From positions 100,188 to 164,187 of the forward strand of contig VGVV01000002.1 of assembly GCA_016873895.1 (NCBI GenBank): a stretch of 64,000 nucleotides of DNA, given 5' to 3'. The stretch is from Ignavibacteria bacterium. Lineage in GTDB: Bacteria > Bacteroidota > Ignavibacteria > Kapaibacteriales > Kapaibacteriaceae. A program made the translations under genes and the position numbers. Positions 37,974 through 47,116 of the stretch are shown here, piece by piece (positions within the stretch are counted from its first letter, which is position 1; the number at the start of each line of letters is the position of its first letter). The notes under the pieces were generated by a model. That model did not search any database, was not told the DNA's origin, and saw only the letters and a program-made list of their open reading frames with translations.

Positions 37974-39413
37974 ATGCCGATTTCCGCTTCTCCAAGGGTT
38001 TCATCCCTTCAATCAGACGATCCTATTGGAAATGTTCCGCCGCATTCAACCGATGCAGAAGTAGCTGTTCTTGGTGCCATGCTGCTCGACAAAGAGGCTG
38101 TGCCTAAGGTTGTCGAGATTCTCGATGCTGAGTGCTTTTACCATGACAAGCACGTGCGCATCTACAATGCCATGATGGCGATGTTCGAGCGTGGTGTTAC
38201 TATTGATCTTGTCTCGTTGACTGATCAGTTACAGCGTGATGGTACACTTGAATTGGTAGGGGGCATGTATGCTCTTACAGAGCTTACCGTTCGAACAGTC
38301 TCTGCCGCAAATGTTGAGAATCATGCGCGCATCGTACTTGAACGTTTCCTGAAGCGACAGTTGATTCGTGTAGCAAGCGAAATCGTGCGTGACTGTTATG
38401 ATGAAACCACGGATGCCCTCGACGAGGTTGACCGTGCGGAGCAGCGCATTTTTGATGTGGCCGAAAAGAGACTTCGCCGGTCGTATTCGGGCATGAAGAA
38501 GCTAACCAAAGATGCGATCGAGCGAATCTTCTCAATGGCTTCAAAAGAAAACGATGGTATTACGGGCGTGCCAACGGGCTTTACGCAGCTTGACCAACTG
38601 CTGAGCGGACTCCAGCCAGCAGACCTTGTTATTGTTGCGGCTCGTCCGTCGATGGGTAAAACGGCGTTTGCGCTGTCCATTGCCAGAGAGGCTTCGCGTA
38701 AAGGAAAATCCGTTGGTGTCTTCTCATTGGAAATGTCGGCTCAGCAGCTTGTCTTGCGCCTGATCTCTGCTGATGCGCAGATTGGACTACAGGCGCTGCG
38801 AAGCGGCAGATTATCGCAAACGGAGATGCATGGGCTAGTAACGCGTATCGATAATCTCATGAATGCGAATATCTATATCGACGATTCGGCCGGTTTATCT
38901 CCTGTTGAATTCCGTGCCAAGTGCCGTCGAATGAAGATTGAGCATAAGATAGACTTGATCATCGTTGACTACTTGCAGCTTATGCATGCCCCGAGGGCGG
39001 AGAGCCGCGAGCGAGAGATCTCGATGATCTCTCATGCACTTAAAGCCGTAGCAAAGGAACTTCAGGTACCAGTTATGGCCCTGTCGCAGCTTAATCGAAC
39101 GCTCGAATCGCGTGCAGATAAGCGTCCAATGCTCTCAGACTTGCGCGAATCGGGTTCTATCGAGCAAGATGCAGACGTAGTAATGTTTATACATCGCCCC
39201 GAGTATTACAAGATTGCAACGTTTGAAGACGGACGGTCTACTGAGAACATTGCTGAGGTAATCGTTGGCAAACAACGGAATGGTCCTACAGGAGATATTC
39301 GACTTTTTTATCAAAAAGAGTTGGCCGCTTTCCATGATATGACCTACCATCGGGATGCATTCGATGTAGCTCCTGAAGTGGGTGCGATAGGGGATGGTTT
39401 AGCCCCACTCTAA
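37974..39413 (+). CDS. dnaB: Replicative DNA helicase DnaB
   Basis: Walker A ARPSMGKTAF, DnaB N-terminal domain (AEVAVLGAMLLD), H4 motif. 479 aa, no intein. Confidence 0.9.
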   Translation: MPISASPRVSSLQSDDPIGNVPPHSTDAEVAVLGAMLLDKEAVPKVVEILDAECFYHDKHVRIYNAMMAMFERGVTIDLVSLTDQLQRDGTLELVGGMYALTELTVRTVSAANVENHARIVLERFLKRQLIRVASEIVRDCYDETTDALDEVDRAEQRIFDVAEKRLRRSYSGMKKLTKDAIERIFSMASKENDGITGVPTGFTQLDQLLSGLQPADLVIVAARPSMGKTAFALSIAREASRKGKSVGVFSLEMSAQQLVLRLISADAQIGLQALRSGRLSQTEMHGLVTRIDNLMNANIYIDDSAGLSPVEFRAKCRRMKIEHKIDLIIVDYLQLMHAPRAESREREISMISHALKAVAKELQVPVMALSQLNRTLESRADKRPMLSDLRESGSIEQDADVVMFIHRPEYYKIATFEDGRSTENIAEVIVGKQRNGPTGDIRLFYQKELAAFHDMTYHRDAFDVAPEVGAIGDGLAPL

Positions 39414-39457
39414 TTCCTTGTCCTACGTGTTCTTTCGTCGTAGTTTATTGCTACGTT

Positions 39458-41554
39458 ATGTTCAGTGGAGTATATCAAATGCGGATTTGTTGCGCGTTTT
39501 GCGTTTTTGTTTTGGCGGTATGTAGTATTCACGCCCAAACTACTGTGCTTGCACTCGAAGCACCCGTCGGTGGAATTACATATTATACCTCACGTGATAC
39601 AATTATCCAGATAAGATGGTCTGGTGTAGAGGATACTATTGCTGTGCAGCTTGATTATAGTCCCGACGATGGCCGCAACTGGATTGTGATTGCAGACAGC
39701 GCAAAGGGCCTAACCTACAGTTGGAACGTTAAGGGGCTTGCCCCCTCTACAAACTACCGTGTACGGGTAGTGCAGCTGCGTCTGCCAGGTGCAAATGATA
39801 ACGTGATCTATAGCGGACATTCAAGTCCGGTTGAGGATGCGTATTGGGCACCAGACAACGACCGTGTTGTTAGTGTTGCTGGCGAGGCACACGTATGGAG
39901 CTCAAAGGCCAGTGCGAACTCACCGCTGTTAGCATTGCCTACTGGTAGGGCATCGTACTCTGGAGTGCGCTGGTCTGCAGATTCATCAAAGATTATCACG
40001 TGCTCCGATGATAACGCAGCGAAGATTGTTGATGCTGTTTCGAACACGATCGTAAGCTCGATCACACATCCTGATGTGGTTACAAAAGTTGAGTTAGACC
40101 CCACGGGGTCGTGGCTATTCACAAAATGCGACGACAACCGCACCCGCGTCTACAACCTGCCTGGTGCGGTACCGCAGGCTGTGCATAATGCGGGTTCCAG
40201 CATGGATGACATGGTGATCAATGCTGATGGTACGCGCGTAGTGCTCTGTGCGGGAGATGCGCGTGTGTTTGGGCGCAGAACAGGTCTGCCGAATACGTTT
40301 AACAAGCATGCAATATGCGCTTTGAGCGCAGCCTTTTCTCCCGATGGAACGTTGATCTGTTCGATTGGTGGAGACGCCACGATACGTCTGTGGAATCAGT
40401 CAACCGCGGTGGAATCATGGAGTGTTTCCGATGTGGCCAACCGTGAGGGAGTTCGCTGCGTAACGTTTGCCCCAGATGGTGCATCGGTCGCTGTTGGAAT
40501 GTCTGATTCAACAGTAACGATATGGGACGTTGCAACCGGCGTTCTCAAAGGAAAGCTCAGCGGATATAACGGCGCAGTTCGCATGGTTACATACTCGCCC
40601 GATGGTACGATGATTGCTGGTGCTTCGGACGACAACTTTGCCCGTCTTCATAGAGCAGATGACTTCTCTCCAATTGCAAGTTTTCAGCATGGAAATGATG
40701 TCAACGTTGTACGTTGGTCGGAACGTGGCGATCGCCTACTCACGACGTCAAGAGACGGCACCGCGCGCATTTGGCAGGTTCTACCAGTAATCCTCCTGGC
40801 CGACACGAGTGATCTGTTTGCCATTGCTCCGCCACCACCGTCTTTTGTGCGGTTCACGGCGTCCGGAGATACGCTTGAAATCGGCGAAACAACGACAATC
40901 AACTTCAGAACAGAGGGTAGCCAGTTTCTTGGTCTTGCAGACATAGACAGCGTAGAGCTGCGAATCTCCTATGACGCATCTGCGCTACGCTGGGTCTCGA
41001 GCTCAAAGGAGCCGTTTGCATCATTAGATGAAACTATCACCGATTCGGCGGGCGTGCGTCGCATGCGTGATGTCGTGTTTTTCCGCATTCCACTAGACAC
41101 CACAGATGCAGAGCTCTTTACGGCCACTCTTCAGGCTACACTTGGTCAAGACAGCATCACAGCGATGACCTACGATCGTATTACTCAGATCGGTAGGGGG
41201 CCGGGAACACGCATTGAAAAGCGGAGCGAACCAATCCTCATCCGTGGAATTTGTAGAGTGGGCGGGGGGCCGAGGATGTTTAATCCACTTGGAGAGCCCC
41301 TTACGGCGCGTGGCATCGTAAAGCCCTACGGGATTGTTCTCGAGGGTACACTGGCAGAGAATGCGCCAGCAACGATCGATGTTTATGATCTAGGTGGAAG
41401 ATTGTTGTGGTCTGACTGCACAACACCTTCGGAAGAAACCCAGCGAGCATATGTTCGTACACTCCCCTCCGAGATCATCAGCGGTGTGGCCGTTGTGGTT
41501 GTGCGAACGGAGCATCAGCAAGCATCAACAGTTATCTCGGAGGCATCACGCTGA
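39458..41554 (+). CDS. WD40 beta-propeller repeat protein with an Fn3-like N-domain and a T9SS-type C-terminal sorting domain
   Basis: Signal peptide and multiple WD40 repeats (IRLWNQ..., VTIWDV..., ARIWQV). C-terminal ...IDVYDLGGRLLWS...GVAVVVVRTEHQ resembles a T9SS CTD. Confidence 0.6.
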   Translation: MFSGVYQMRICCAFCVFVLAVCSIHAQTTVLALEAPVGGITYYTSRDTIIQIRWSGVEDTIAVQLDYSPDDGRNWIVIADSAKGLTYSWNVKGLAPSTNYRVRVVQLRLPGANDNVIYSGHSSPVEDAYWAPDNDRVVSVAGEAHVWSSKASANSPLLALPTGRASYSGVRWSADSSKIITCSDDNAAKIVDAVSNTIVSSITHPDVVTKVELDPTGSWLFTKCDDNRTRVYNLPGAVPQAVHNAGSSMDDMVINADGTRVVLCAGDARVFGRRTGLPNTFNKHAICALSAAFSPDGTLICSIGGDATIRLWNQSTAVESWSVSDVANREGVRCVTFAPDGASVAVGMSDSTVTIWDVATGVLKGKLSGYNGAVRMVTYSPDGTMIAGASDDNFARLHRADDFSPIASFQHGNDVNVVRWSERGDRLLTTSRDGTARIWQVLPVILLADTSDLFAIAPPPPSFVRFTASGDTLEIGETTTINFRTEGSQFLGLADIDSVELRISYDASALRWVSSSKEPFASLDETITDSAGVRRMRDVVFFRIPLDTTDAELFTATLQATLGQDSITAMTYDRITQIGRGPGTRIEKRSEPILIRGICRVGGGPRMFNPLGEPLTARGIVKPYGIVLEGTLAENAPATIDVYDLGGRLLWSDCTTPSEETQRAYVRTLPSEIISGVAVVVVRTEHQQASTVISEASR

Positions 41555-43683
41555 TGCACCGCTTGATTCTACTCGCTCTTTGCATTCCACTGATTGGCCA
41601 GTCGTTGCAAGCTCAATGGTGGAAGGTGACCCTTCCCGAGGATGTGTGGTTGTCCCAGATAGGCTTTAGTGCAAATTTTGGGTTGTTGCAGCATACAGGT
41701 GTCTTTACGCTACCAGAGGCGCCAGTTTGCTGTGCTCCATATGAAGGGGCAAGAGGTACAACGTTCTCCTTGTCGACTTTTGCGCGTCACGAAATCACGA
41801 AGCATATGCGACTTGCACTTCGTGGTACGTTTGTTCCTGTAAACGGATTGTTTGTCCAGGAACAATCCGTTCTCGTAAGTGGTGGACAGCAGGCTCTTAC
41901 ACGCACGTTTCTCGACACGAAGGCCAACTGGATAGGCGGAGAATTTCTCATTGATCTTCGGGTTGTGAATCCCCTGCGATTTATGGGTGGCGTAGCATTC
42001 GGAAGTTACCTAAGCCCCACGTTCACGCAACGGGAAGTTCTGGTTGAGCCTTCGATAGGTACCTTTGAAAACGGACGTCGCGAGCGGAATGAAGTTCTCA
42101 ATAAAGACCTGCAGAACATGGTCTCGCCCGCACTAGGTGCTGTTGTTGGCATCGGCTACGACCTGCCCATGACAGAAAATCATTCTGTGGTGTTAACCCC
42201 CGAGGTGCTCTACACGATACCACTCTCGAAGAATCGCAGCGATGTTGATTGGACAACGAACCTCTTGCGCGCAGGTGTATCTGTTGCCTTTACCATGAAT
42301 GCACCAGAGCCCCCTACTCCGGTAGAGCGTCGTAGAGAAGAGTTCGTTGATTCACTTCTGGTAGAGATCGCCCCAGATGGTCAGGAGTCTCGTGTGCGTG
42401 GTATTGGTCGCATTGAGTTAGACACGGTTGTTGAAACGGATCTTGTAACAATTACCGAGCGAGCTTACCGCACAGATACGGTGTTCTACCCAAGACCTCC
42501 CGAATTGCTTGCAAAGATCAAGGCTCGTGCAGTTGAAGCATCTGGTGCACTGAAAGACGTGTTTACGATACACGTATCTACGCAATATGTAACCGAGGCT
42601 CTTCCTGTTCTGCCAGCTGTGTTCTTTGAATCTCAGACAATTACTATCTCGCCGCGCTATCACCAAGTTGGTAGTGGCTCAGAATTCAAGCTTGCAGACG
42701 TAGCCCCACGAACAACGGCTGTGCACCGAGATATTCTCAATATTCTCGGTGAGCGGATGAAAAATAATGCAGGCGCTACTGTGCGCCTTAAGGGTACGGC
42801 CGACCCAACAACCGAGAGCTCGAATTGCGAGCTTGCAAAAAAGCGTGCAACTGCTGTGAAAGATTATTTGATTCGTGTCTGGGGTATTGAAGATTCTCGG
42901 ATTGCCATTCAAGATGCGGGTGGATCTTGTGCGCCTGATAAGCCAACAAGAAGACAATCCGAGGAAGGATTTGCAGAGAACCGCCGAGTTGAAATCTATT
43001 CAGATAATCTTGATGTGCTTGGATCAGTAGCCAAGCGCAGGTTTAATGAGGCACGCACCATCGATCCACCGAGGCTTCAGTTTGATCCTACCGGTTCCAG
43101 TACTCAGTATGTAACGGATTGGGAGTTAGAGGCTATAACAGGTCAGCAGCAATTGTTCTCGCAAAGTGGTAAGGGGCTACCAACCGTTACGATGCAGGAT
43201 CTTTCAATAGCCGTGGCCGACAAAATGCGATCGGGCGAGCCAGTGAATGTGCGTTTAAAGATCAATGGACTTCGTAGAGCAACAGCGTCGGATAATGCTT
43301 CGCTGACTGTTAAAAAGGACACGATGAACATAGAGCTGGAGCGTCTCACGCTCACACTCTTTGAAGTTGCTTCAGATGAAATATCTGTAATTGCCGAAGA
43401 GCAGATCAAGTCGTTTGTTGAGAACGTACCAGCCGGCTCAACTGTTATCGTGCGCGGCTTTGCTGATATGCTTGGCAATGCCGAGTTTAACAAGAAGCTC
43501 TCACAAAAACGTGCGGATGCTGTTTGCGAAACGATTCAGAAGCACCTTCGCAAGAAGGTTAATATTCAGTGCAACGACATCACGACCGACAAGTTTCCTC
43601 CGGGTATTGAATCGTACAACACGCCAGAGGAGCGGTTCCTAAGCCGTACGGTGCAGATTGAGGTTAAGAAGACACGCAAGTAA
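41554..43683 (+). CDS. OmpA-family protein with two OmpA-like peptidoglycan-binding domains
   Basis: Signal peptide. Two OmpA_C-like segments (LKGTADPTTESSNCELAKKRATAVKDYL...NRRVEI and VRGFADMLGNAEFNKKLSQKRADAV...SRTVQIEV). Start overlaps the previous stop as ATGA. Confidence 0.7.
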   Translation: MHRLILLALCIPLIGQSLQAQWWKVTLPEDVWLSQIGFSANFGLLQHTGVFTLPEAPVCCAPYEGARGTTFSLSTFARHEITKHMRLALRGTFVPVNGLFVQEQSVLVSGGQQALTRTFLDTKANWIGGEFLIDLRVVNPLRFMGGVAFGSYLSPTFTQREVLVEPSIGTFENGRRERNEVLNKDLQNMVSPALGAVVGIGYDLPMTENHSVVLTPEVLYTIPLSKNRSDVDWTTNLLRAGVSVAFTMNAPEPPTPVERRREEFVDSLLVEIAPDGQESRVRGIGRIELDTVVETDLVTITERAYRTDTVFYPRPPELLAKIKARAVEASGALKDVFTIHVSTQYVTEALPVLPAVFFESQTITISPRYHQVGSGSEFKLADVAPRTTAVHRDILNILGERMKNNAGATVRLKGTADPTTESSNCELAKKRATAVKDYLIRVWGIEDSRIAIQDAGGSCAPDKPTRRQSEEGFAENRRVEIYSDNLDVLGSVAKRRFNEARTIDPPRLQFDPTGSSTQYVTDWELEAITGQQQLFSQSGKGLPTVTMQDLSIAVADKMRSGEPVNVRLKINGLRRATASDNASLTVKKDTMNIELERLTLTLFEVASDEISVIAEEQIKSFVENVPAGSTVIVRGFADMLGNAEFNKKLSQKRADAVCETIQKHLRKKVNIQCNDITTDKFPPGIESYNTPEERFLSRTVQIEVKKTRK

Positions 43684-43699
43684 GCTGTGTTGCCTATCG

Positions 43700-44635
43700 T
43701 TATCTAACTACGAGCTCGGACCCACATGGTTGTCCGAGCTCGTTGCGTTTGCACACAAGCACAGCGCCAGGTAATCCCTCAAGTATGCTCATGCGTTGCT
43801 CTACTGGCCCCTTGGCTAAGAGCTTGCCGCGCAGGTCAAAGATCTCGATTGTTGTGATAGTGCACTTCTGCTGATCGATATCCTGAACGGAAGTTGTACC
43901 AGTAGTGACGAATGTTGCACCGGTGCTCCAGAAGCCGTTGCCGTTCCAGTCAACAACACTCAGTTGGTCGGACTTGAGAGCTGCGCTGCCTGATGGCAAG
44001 CCCGCATCAAACGTAACATCCACCCATGTAGGGGGCTTGCGGTAGGCGGGCGTATCGTCAATAATGAGGCGCACCATGTAATCACCCTTGGCTAGATAGT
44101 ATATGCCAGGGATGTTGTAGAAGTTTGGGTTCGGTGTTACGGGGTCGTATACATAGGAAGTTGTTGGATTCTGGGCGTTGTTGTCTTGTCCCCAGCGCGG
44201 ACCATTGGCCGACATAACATGTTGCACAACGATGCGCTCGTTGCCGTCGATGCGGATACCTTGGACTGTGAACATGATGGTCTTCCAGCCCGACGCAGTA
44301 ACGTCTGCCGTGGCCGAACCCAATGTGTTGTAGGGGAAACAATACTGTGTTGGCGGGATCGTTCCTTCGGACGCATCGCCGGTAATGCGAACTTCATCTT
44401 TGCCTGTGCCAGCCCCATAGTAGATCATTACGCCAATAATGGCGCACGGCCTATTCGGGGAGATGATGACCGATTCTTCCCAGCCCTCGCGTGCGGGATT
44501 GGTCGATCCAAACACCCCGTTGTCGATGCGAATTGTATCCGGTGCTGATCTGGCTGTTAGCGATGCCAGCATGAGCATCAGCACAATGAACCATGAGCGA
44601 AAAGACATAGTAGGCCGCCACAATGATGAGGCCAA
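43700..44635 (-). CDS. Secreted hypothetical protein, possible T9SS cargo
   Basis: Signal peptide (FIVLMLMLASLTA). C-terminal IEIFDLRGKLLAKG...GAVLVCK weakly resembles a T9SS CTD. Confidence 0.4.
   Translation of the reverse strand: MASSLWRPTMSFRSWFIVLMLMLASLTARSAPDTIRIDNGVFGSTNPAREGWEESVIISPNRPCAIIGVMIYYGAGTGKDEVRITGDASEGTIPPTQYCFPYNTLGSATADVTASGWKTIMFTVQGIRIDGNERIVVQHVMSANGPRWGQDNNAQNPTTSYVYDPVTPNPNFYNIPGIYYLAKGDYMVRLIIDDTPAYRKPPTWVDVTFDAGLPSGSAALKSDQLSVVDWNGNGFWSTGATFVTTGTTSVQDIDQQKCTITTIEIFDLRGKLLAKGPVEQRMSILEGLPGAVLVCKRNELGQPCGSELVVR
43710..43743. terminator. 12-bp perfect inverted repeat between convergent genes, overlapping the 3' coding end of the minus-strand gene
   Basis: ACGAGCTCGGAC-N10-GTCCGAGCTCGT. 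Confidence 0.4.
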
Positions 44636-44664
44636 AATACGAGCTGACTGTATGTTCTAGATAC

Positions 44665-45108
44665 TCAGATCGCGCTAAATGCAGCGAAGTATCTCATGCC
44701 GATCAGATATCCTGCGAGTACGAGGCCGCCAATGTTCACTGCCGTAAAGACGTATGCGGCTGCTGTGGGTTCTACAGGACGAAGCACTGTGAACAGCGCT
44801 CCTGGCGCGGGAATCTGTGAAAACGTAACGTCGTGAACCTGACAACCGGACGCATCGGCTATGACTATCAGTTTTTTGAGGCGCTTCGATTCGCGCATGT
44901 ACTCCATACCCCAGAGTGTAAGCAGCACGAAATAGATCATGGTTTGTCCACCTCGCAGACTTCTTAGCGTTTCGTGATCAATCCATTGCATCAACTGGAA
45001 GCCATAGATCAGGATCCAATAACTACCAGCACAAGTAAACAGCCATTTAATACGCTGCGAGAACATCTGCTGTTGCTTGATGTAGGGTGCAAATGATGCG
45101 TGAAGCAT
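44665..45108 (-). CDS. Hypothetical membrane protein
   Basis: 147-aa ORF with 3-4 predicted hydrophobic helices and no recognisable family. Confidence 0.35.
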   Translation of the reverse strand: MLHASFAPYIKQQQMFSQRIKWLFTCAGSYWILIYGFQLMQWIDHETLRSLRGGQTMIYFVLLTLWGMEYMRESKRLKKLIVIADASGCQVHDVTFSQIPAPGALFTVLRPVEPTAAAYVFTAVNIGGLVLAGYLIGMRYFAAFSAI

Positions 45109-45135
45109 AGAACTCAGAAGGAATGGACCGGATGT

Positions 45136-45180
45136 GGCGAAAAAGACAACAGCGCGATCATAACACTATGACCGCGCTGT
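45136..45180 (-). terminator. Rho-independent terminator downstream of rpsP
   Basis: 13-bp stem ACAGCGCG(A/G)TCAT with loop AACACT. The minus strand is followed by a U-run (rc of gcgaaaaagaca). Confidence 0.6.
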
Positions 45181-45214
45181 TTGTTTCATGCGTATTGTTT
45201 GGTTGGTGGCAAAC

Positions 45215-45697
45215 TTATTCTGCCGCTGCCTCAGGAGCGGCCTCTTCTGCTGGTGCTGCTTCTTCTGCAGGAGCTTCAGGGGCTACTTCAGCAACTTCTT
45301 CAACAACTGGGGCCTTGGCTGCTTCGGCCTTTGCACGTGCGCGGTCCGAACGGCGTTGCTTCAAGCGTGAGTAGCGAGCAGCTGCAACTTCGCGATGCTT
45401 TGCAACAGCGGCTTCGATCTCTTCATCTGTTGCACCCTTGAAACCAAGGTGACGGCGTAGTAGAACGCCTTCACGACTCAGGATCTCACGTACTACCTCT
45501 GTTGGCTGTGCGCCAACATTAAGCCAGTACAGTGCACGATCTGCATTGAGTGTGACTGCTTTTGGGGTTGTCATTGGGTCGATGAACCCAACGCGTTCAA
45601 TAGAAGCGCCGTCGCGACGGTCGCGTCCGTCGATCGCAATGATGTCGTAGAACGGATGTTTCTTACGACCTCTGCGACGCAAGCGGAGTTTTACCAT
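45215..45697 (-). CDS. rpsP: 30S ribosomal protein S16 with an Ala/Glu/Pro-rich C-terminal extension
   Basis: MVKLRLRRRGRKKHPFYDIIAIDGRDRRDG S16 core. The tail is AKAEAAKAPVVEEVAEVAPEAPAEEAAPAEEAAPEAAAE. Confidence 0.9.
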   Translation of the reverse strand: MVKLRLRRRGRKKHPFYDIIAIDGRDRRDGASIERVGFIDPMTTPKAVTLNADRALYWLNVGAQPTEVVREILSREGVLLRRHLGFKGATDEEIEAAVAKHREVAAARYSRLKQRRSDRARAKAEAAKAPVVEEVAEVAPEAPAEEAAPAEEAAPEAAAE

Positions 45698-45736
45698 GAT
45701 GTTCTCCTAGAACTTGGTAAGTGAATAAAAAATCGA

Positions 45737-47080
45737 TCAGCGCTTCATCCCAAACGGCATCTGTGGAAGGCGTCTACCCATCATGTTCGCCATCTTGCCT
45801 TTTGTCATGTTACGCATCATCTTTTGCATGTCTTCAAACTGTTTGATAAGGCGATTCACGTCTTGGATCGATGTGCCACTACCGCTTGCGATTCGCTTGC
45901 GGCGGCTACCATTGAGTAGACGCGGATTGCCTCGTTCTTCTTTTGTCATTGAGTGTATGATCGCTTCTACACGACCAAACGCTTTATCGTCAATTTCTAC
46001 GCCACGCAGGGCTTTGTCAACTCCCGGAATCATCCCAAGAAGGTCGCGCAGTGAACCCATCTTTTTGATAAGCTTCATCTGGTCGAGAAAGTCCTCAAAT
46101 GTGAACTCATTCTTCTTGAGTTTTTCTTCGAGACGCTCTGCCTCTTTTTCGTCGATCTGCGCCTGTGCTTTCTCGACAAGGGTAACGATGTCTCCCATGC
46201 CAAGAATACGTGAGGCGATACGCTCTGGGTAAAATGGCTCCAGTGCATCGATCTTCTCGCCAACACCTACAAACTTGATGGGCTTACCAACAACTGCACG
46301 AATCGAGAGGGCTGCACCGCCACGGGTGTCGCCGTCAAGCTTTGTAAGCACAACACCGGTTAGCTCGAGCTTGTCGTGAAAGGCCTGTGCTGTGTTTACG
46401 GCGTCTTGGCCAGTCATGGAGTCGCAAACGAACAAAATTTCATGGGGCTTAAGTTGATTCCGTAAGTCTTCGACTTCCTTCATCATCTCTTCGTCGATTG
46501 TCAGGCGTCCAGCCGTATCAACAATCACTGTGTCGCGGCCGAACTTCCTTGCGTATGACATTGCTTCGTCTGCGATCTCCGAAGGTTTAGCTCCCTCCTT
46601 TGAGAACACAGGAAGGGCAATGCTTTGTCCTAGAGTCTTGAGCTGGTCAACAGCCGCCGGACGGTAGATATCACACGCCACTAGGAGTGGCAGACGTCCC
46701 TGCTTCTTCAGTGAGTTTGCCAGTTTGCCACAGAACGTTGTTTTACCAGAGCCCTGAAGACCAGCAACCATGATAACCGTTGGTGCTTGCTGAGCTTTGA
46801 TAAGGTCGGACTTGGAGGAACCCATGAGTGAAACAAGTTCGTCATGGATGAGCTTGATCATAAACTGACCAGGCAGAACGTTACCCTTTACCTCCATGCC
46901 AAGGGATTTTTCCTTGACATCCTCGATAAACTTCTTGACGACGTTGAAATTCACGTCGGCGTCGAGAAGCGCACGACGAACCTCCGTCAACGCTTCGTCG
47001 ACGTTTTGTTCGGTGAGCTTGTTTTGACCCCGAATCGCCCGGAGGGCAGAATCGAGTTTGTCGCTTAGTGATTCGAACAT
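45737..47080 (-). CDS. ffh: Signal recognition particle protein Ffh
   Basis: MFESLSDKL N-terminus, NG-domain GTPase motifs (GLQGSGKTT, DTAGR, TKLDG), and the Met-rich M domain. Confidence 0.95.
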   Translation of the reverse strand: MFESLSDKLDSALRAIRGQNKLTEQNVDEALTEVRRALLDADVNFNVVKKFIEDVKEKSLGMEVKGNVLPGQFMIKLIHDELVSLMGSSKSDLIKAQQAPTVIMVAGLQGSGKTTFCGKLANSLKKQGRLPLLVACDIYRPAAVDQLKTLGQSIALPVFSKEGAKPSEIADEAMSYARKFGRDTVIVDTAGRLTIDEEMMKEVEDLRNQLKPHEILFVCDSMTGQDAVNTAQAFHDKLELTGVVLTKLDGDTRGGAALSIRAVVGKPIKFVGVGEKIDALEPFYPERIASRILGMGDIVTLVEKAQAQIDEKEAERLEEKLKKNEFTFEDFLDQMKLIKKMGSLRDLLGMIPGVDKALRGVEIDDKAFGRVEAIIHSMTKEERGNPRLLNGSRRKRIASGSGTSIQDVNRLIKQFEDMQKMMRNMTKGKMANMMGRRLPQMPFGMKR

Positions 47081-47116
47081 TGTGGTCCCAAAAAGGACCG
47101 CAAAGATAGGAAAATG

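Noticed and set aside
43710-43743. Perfect 12-bp inverted repeat as a mobile-element terminal repeat
   Set aside because: It is a single hairpin overlapping the 3' coding end of a convergent gene with no flanking duplication or transposase. It is more simply a bidirectional terminator-like stem.
45123-45441. Overlapping 83-86-aa plus-strand ORFs rich in Ala/Ser/Leu
   Set aside because: They are antisense products of the GC-rich low-complexity S16 tail.
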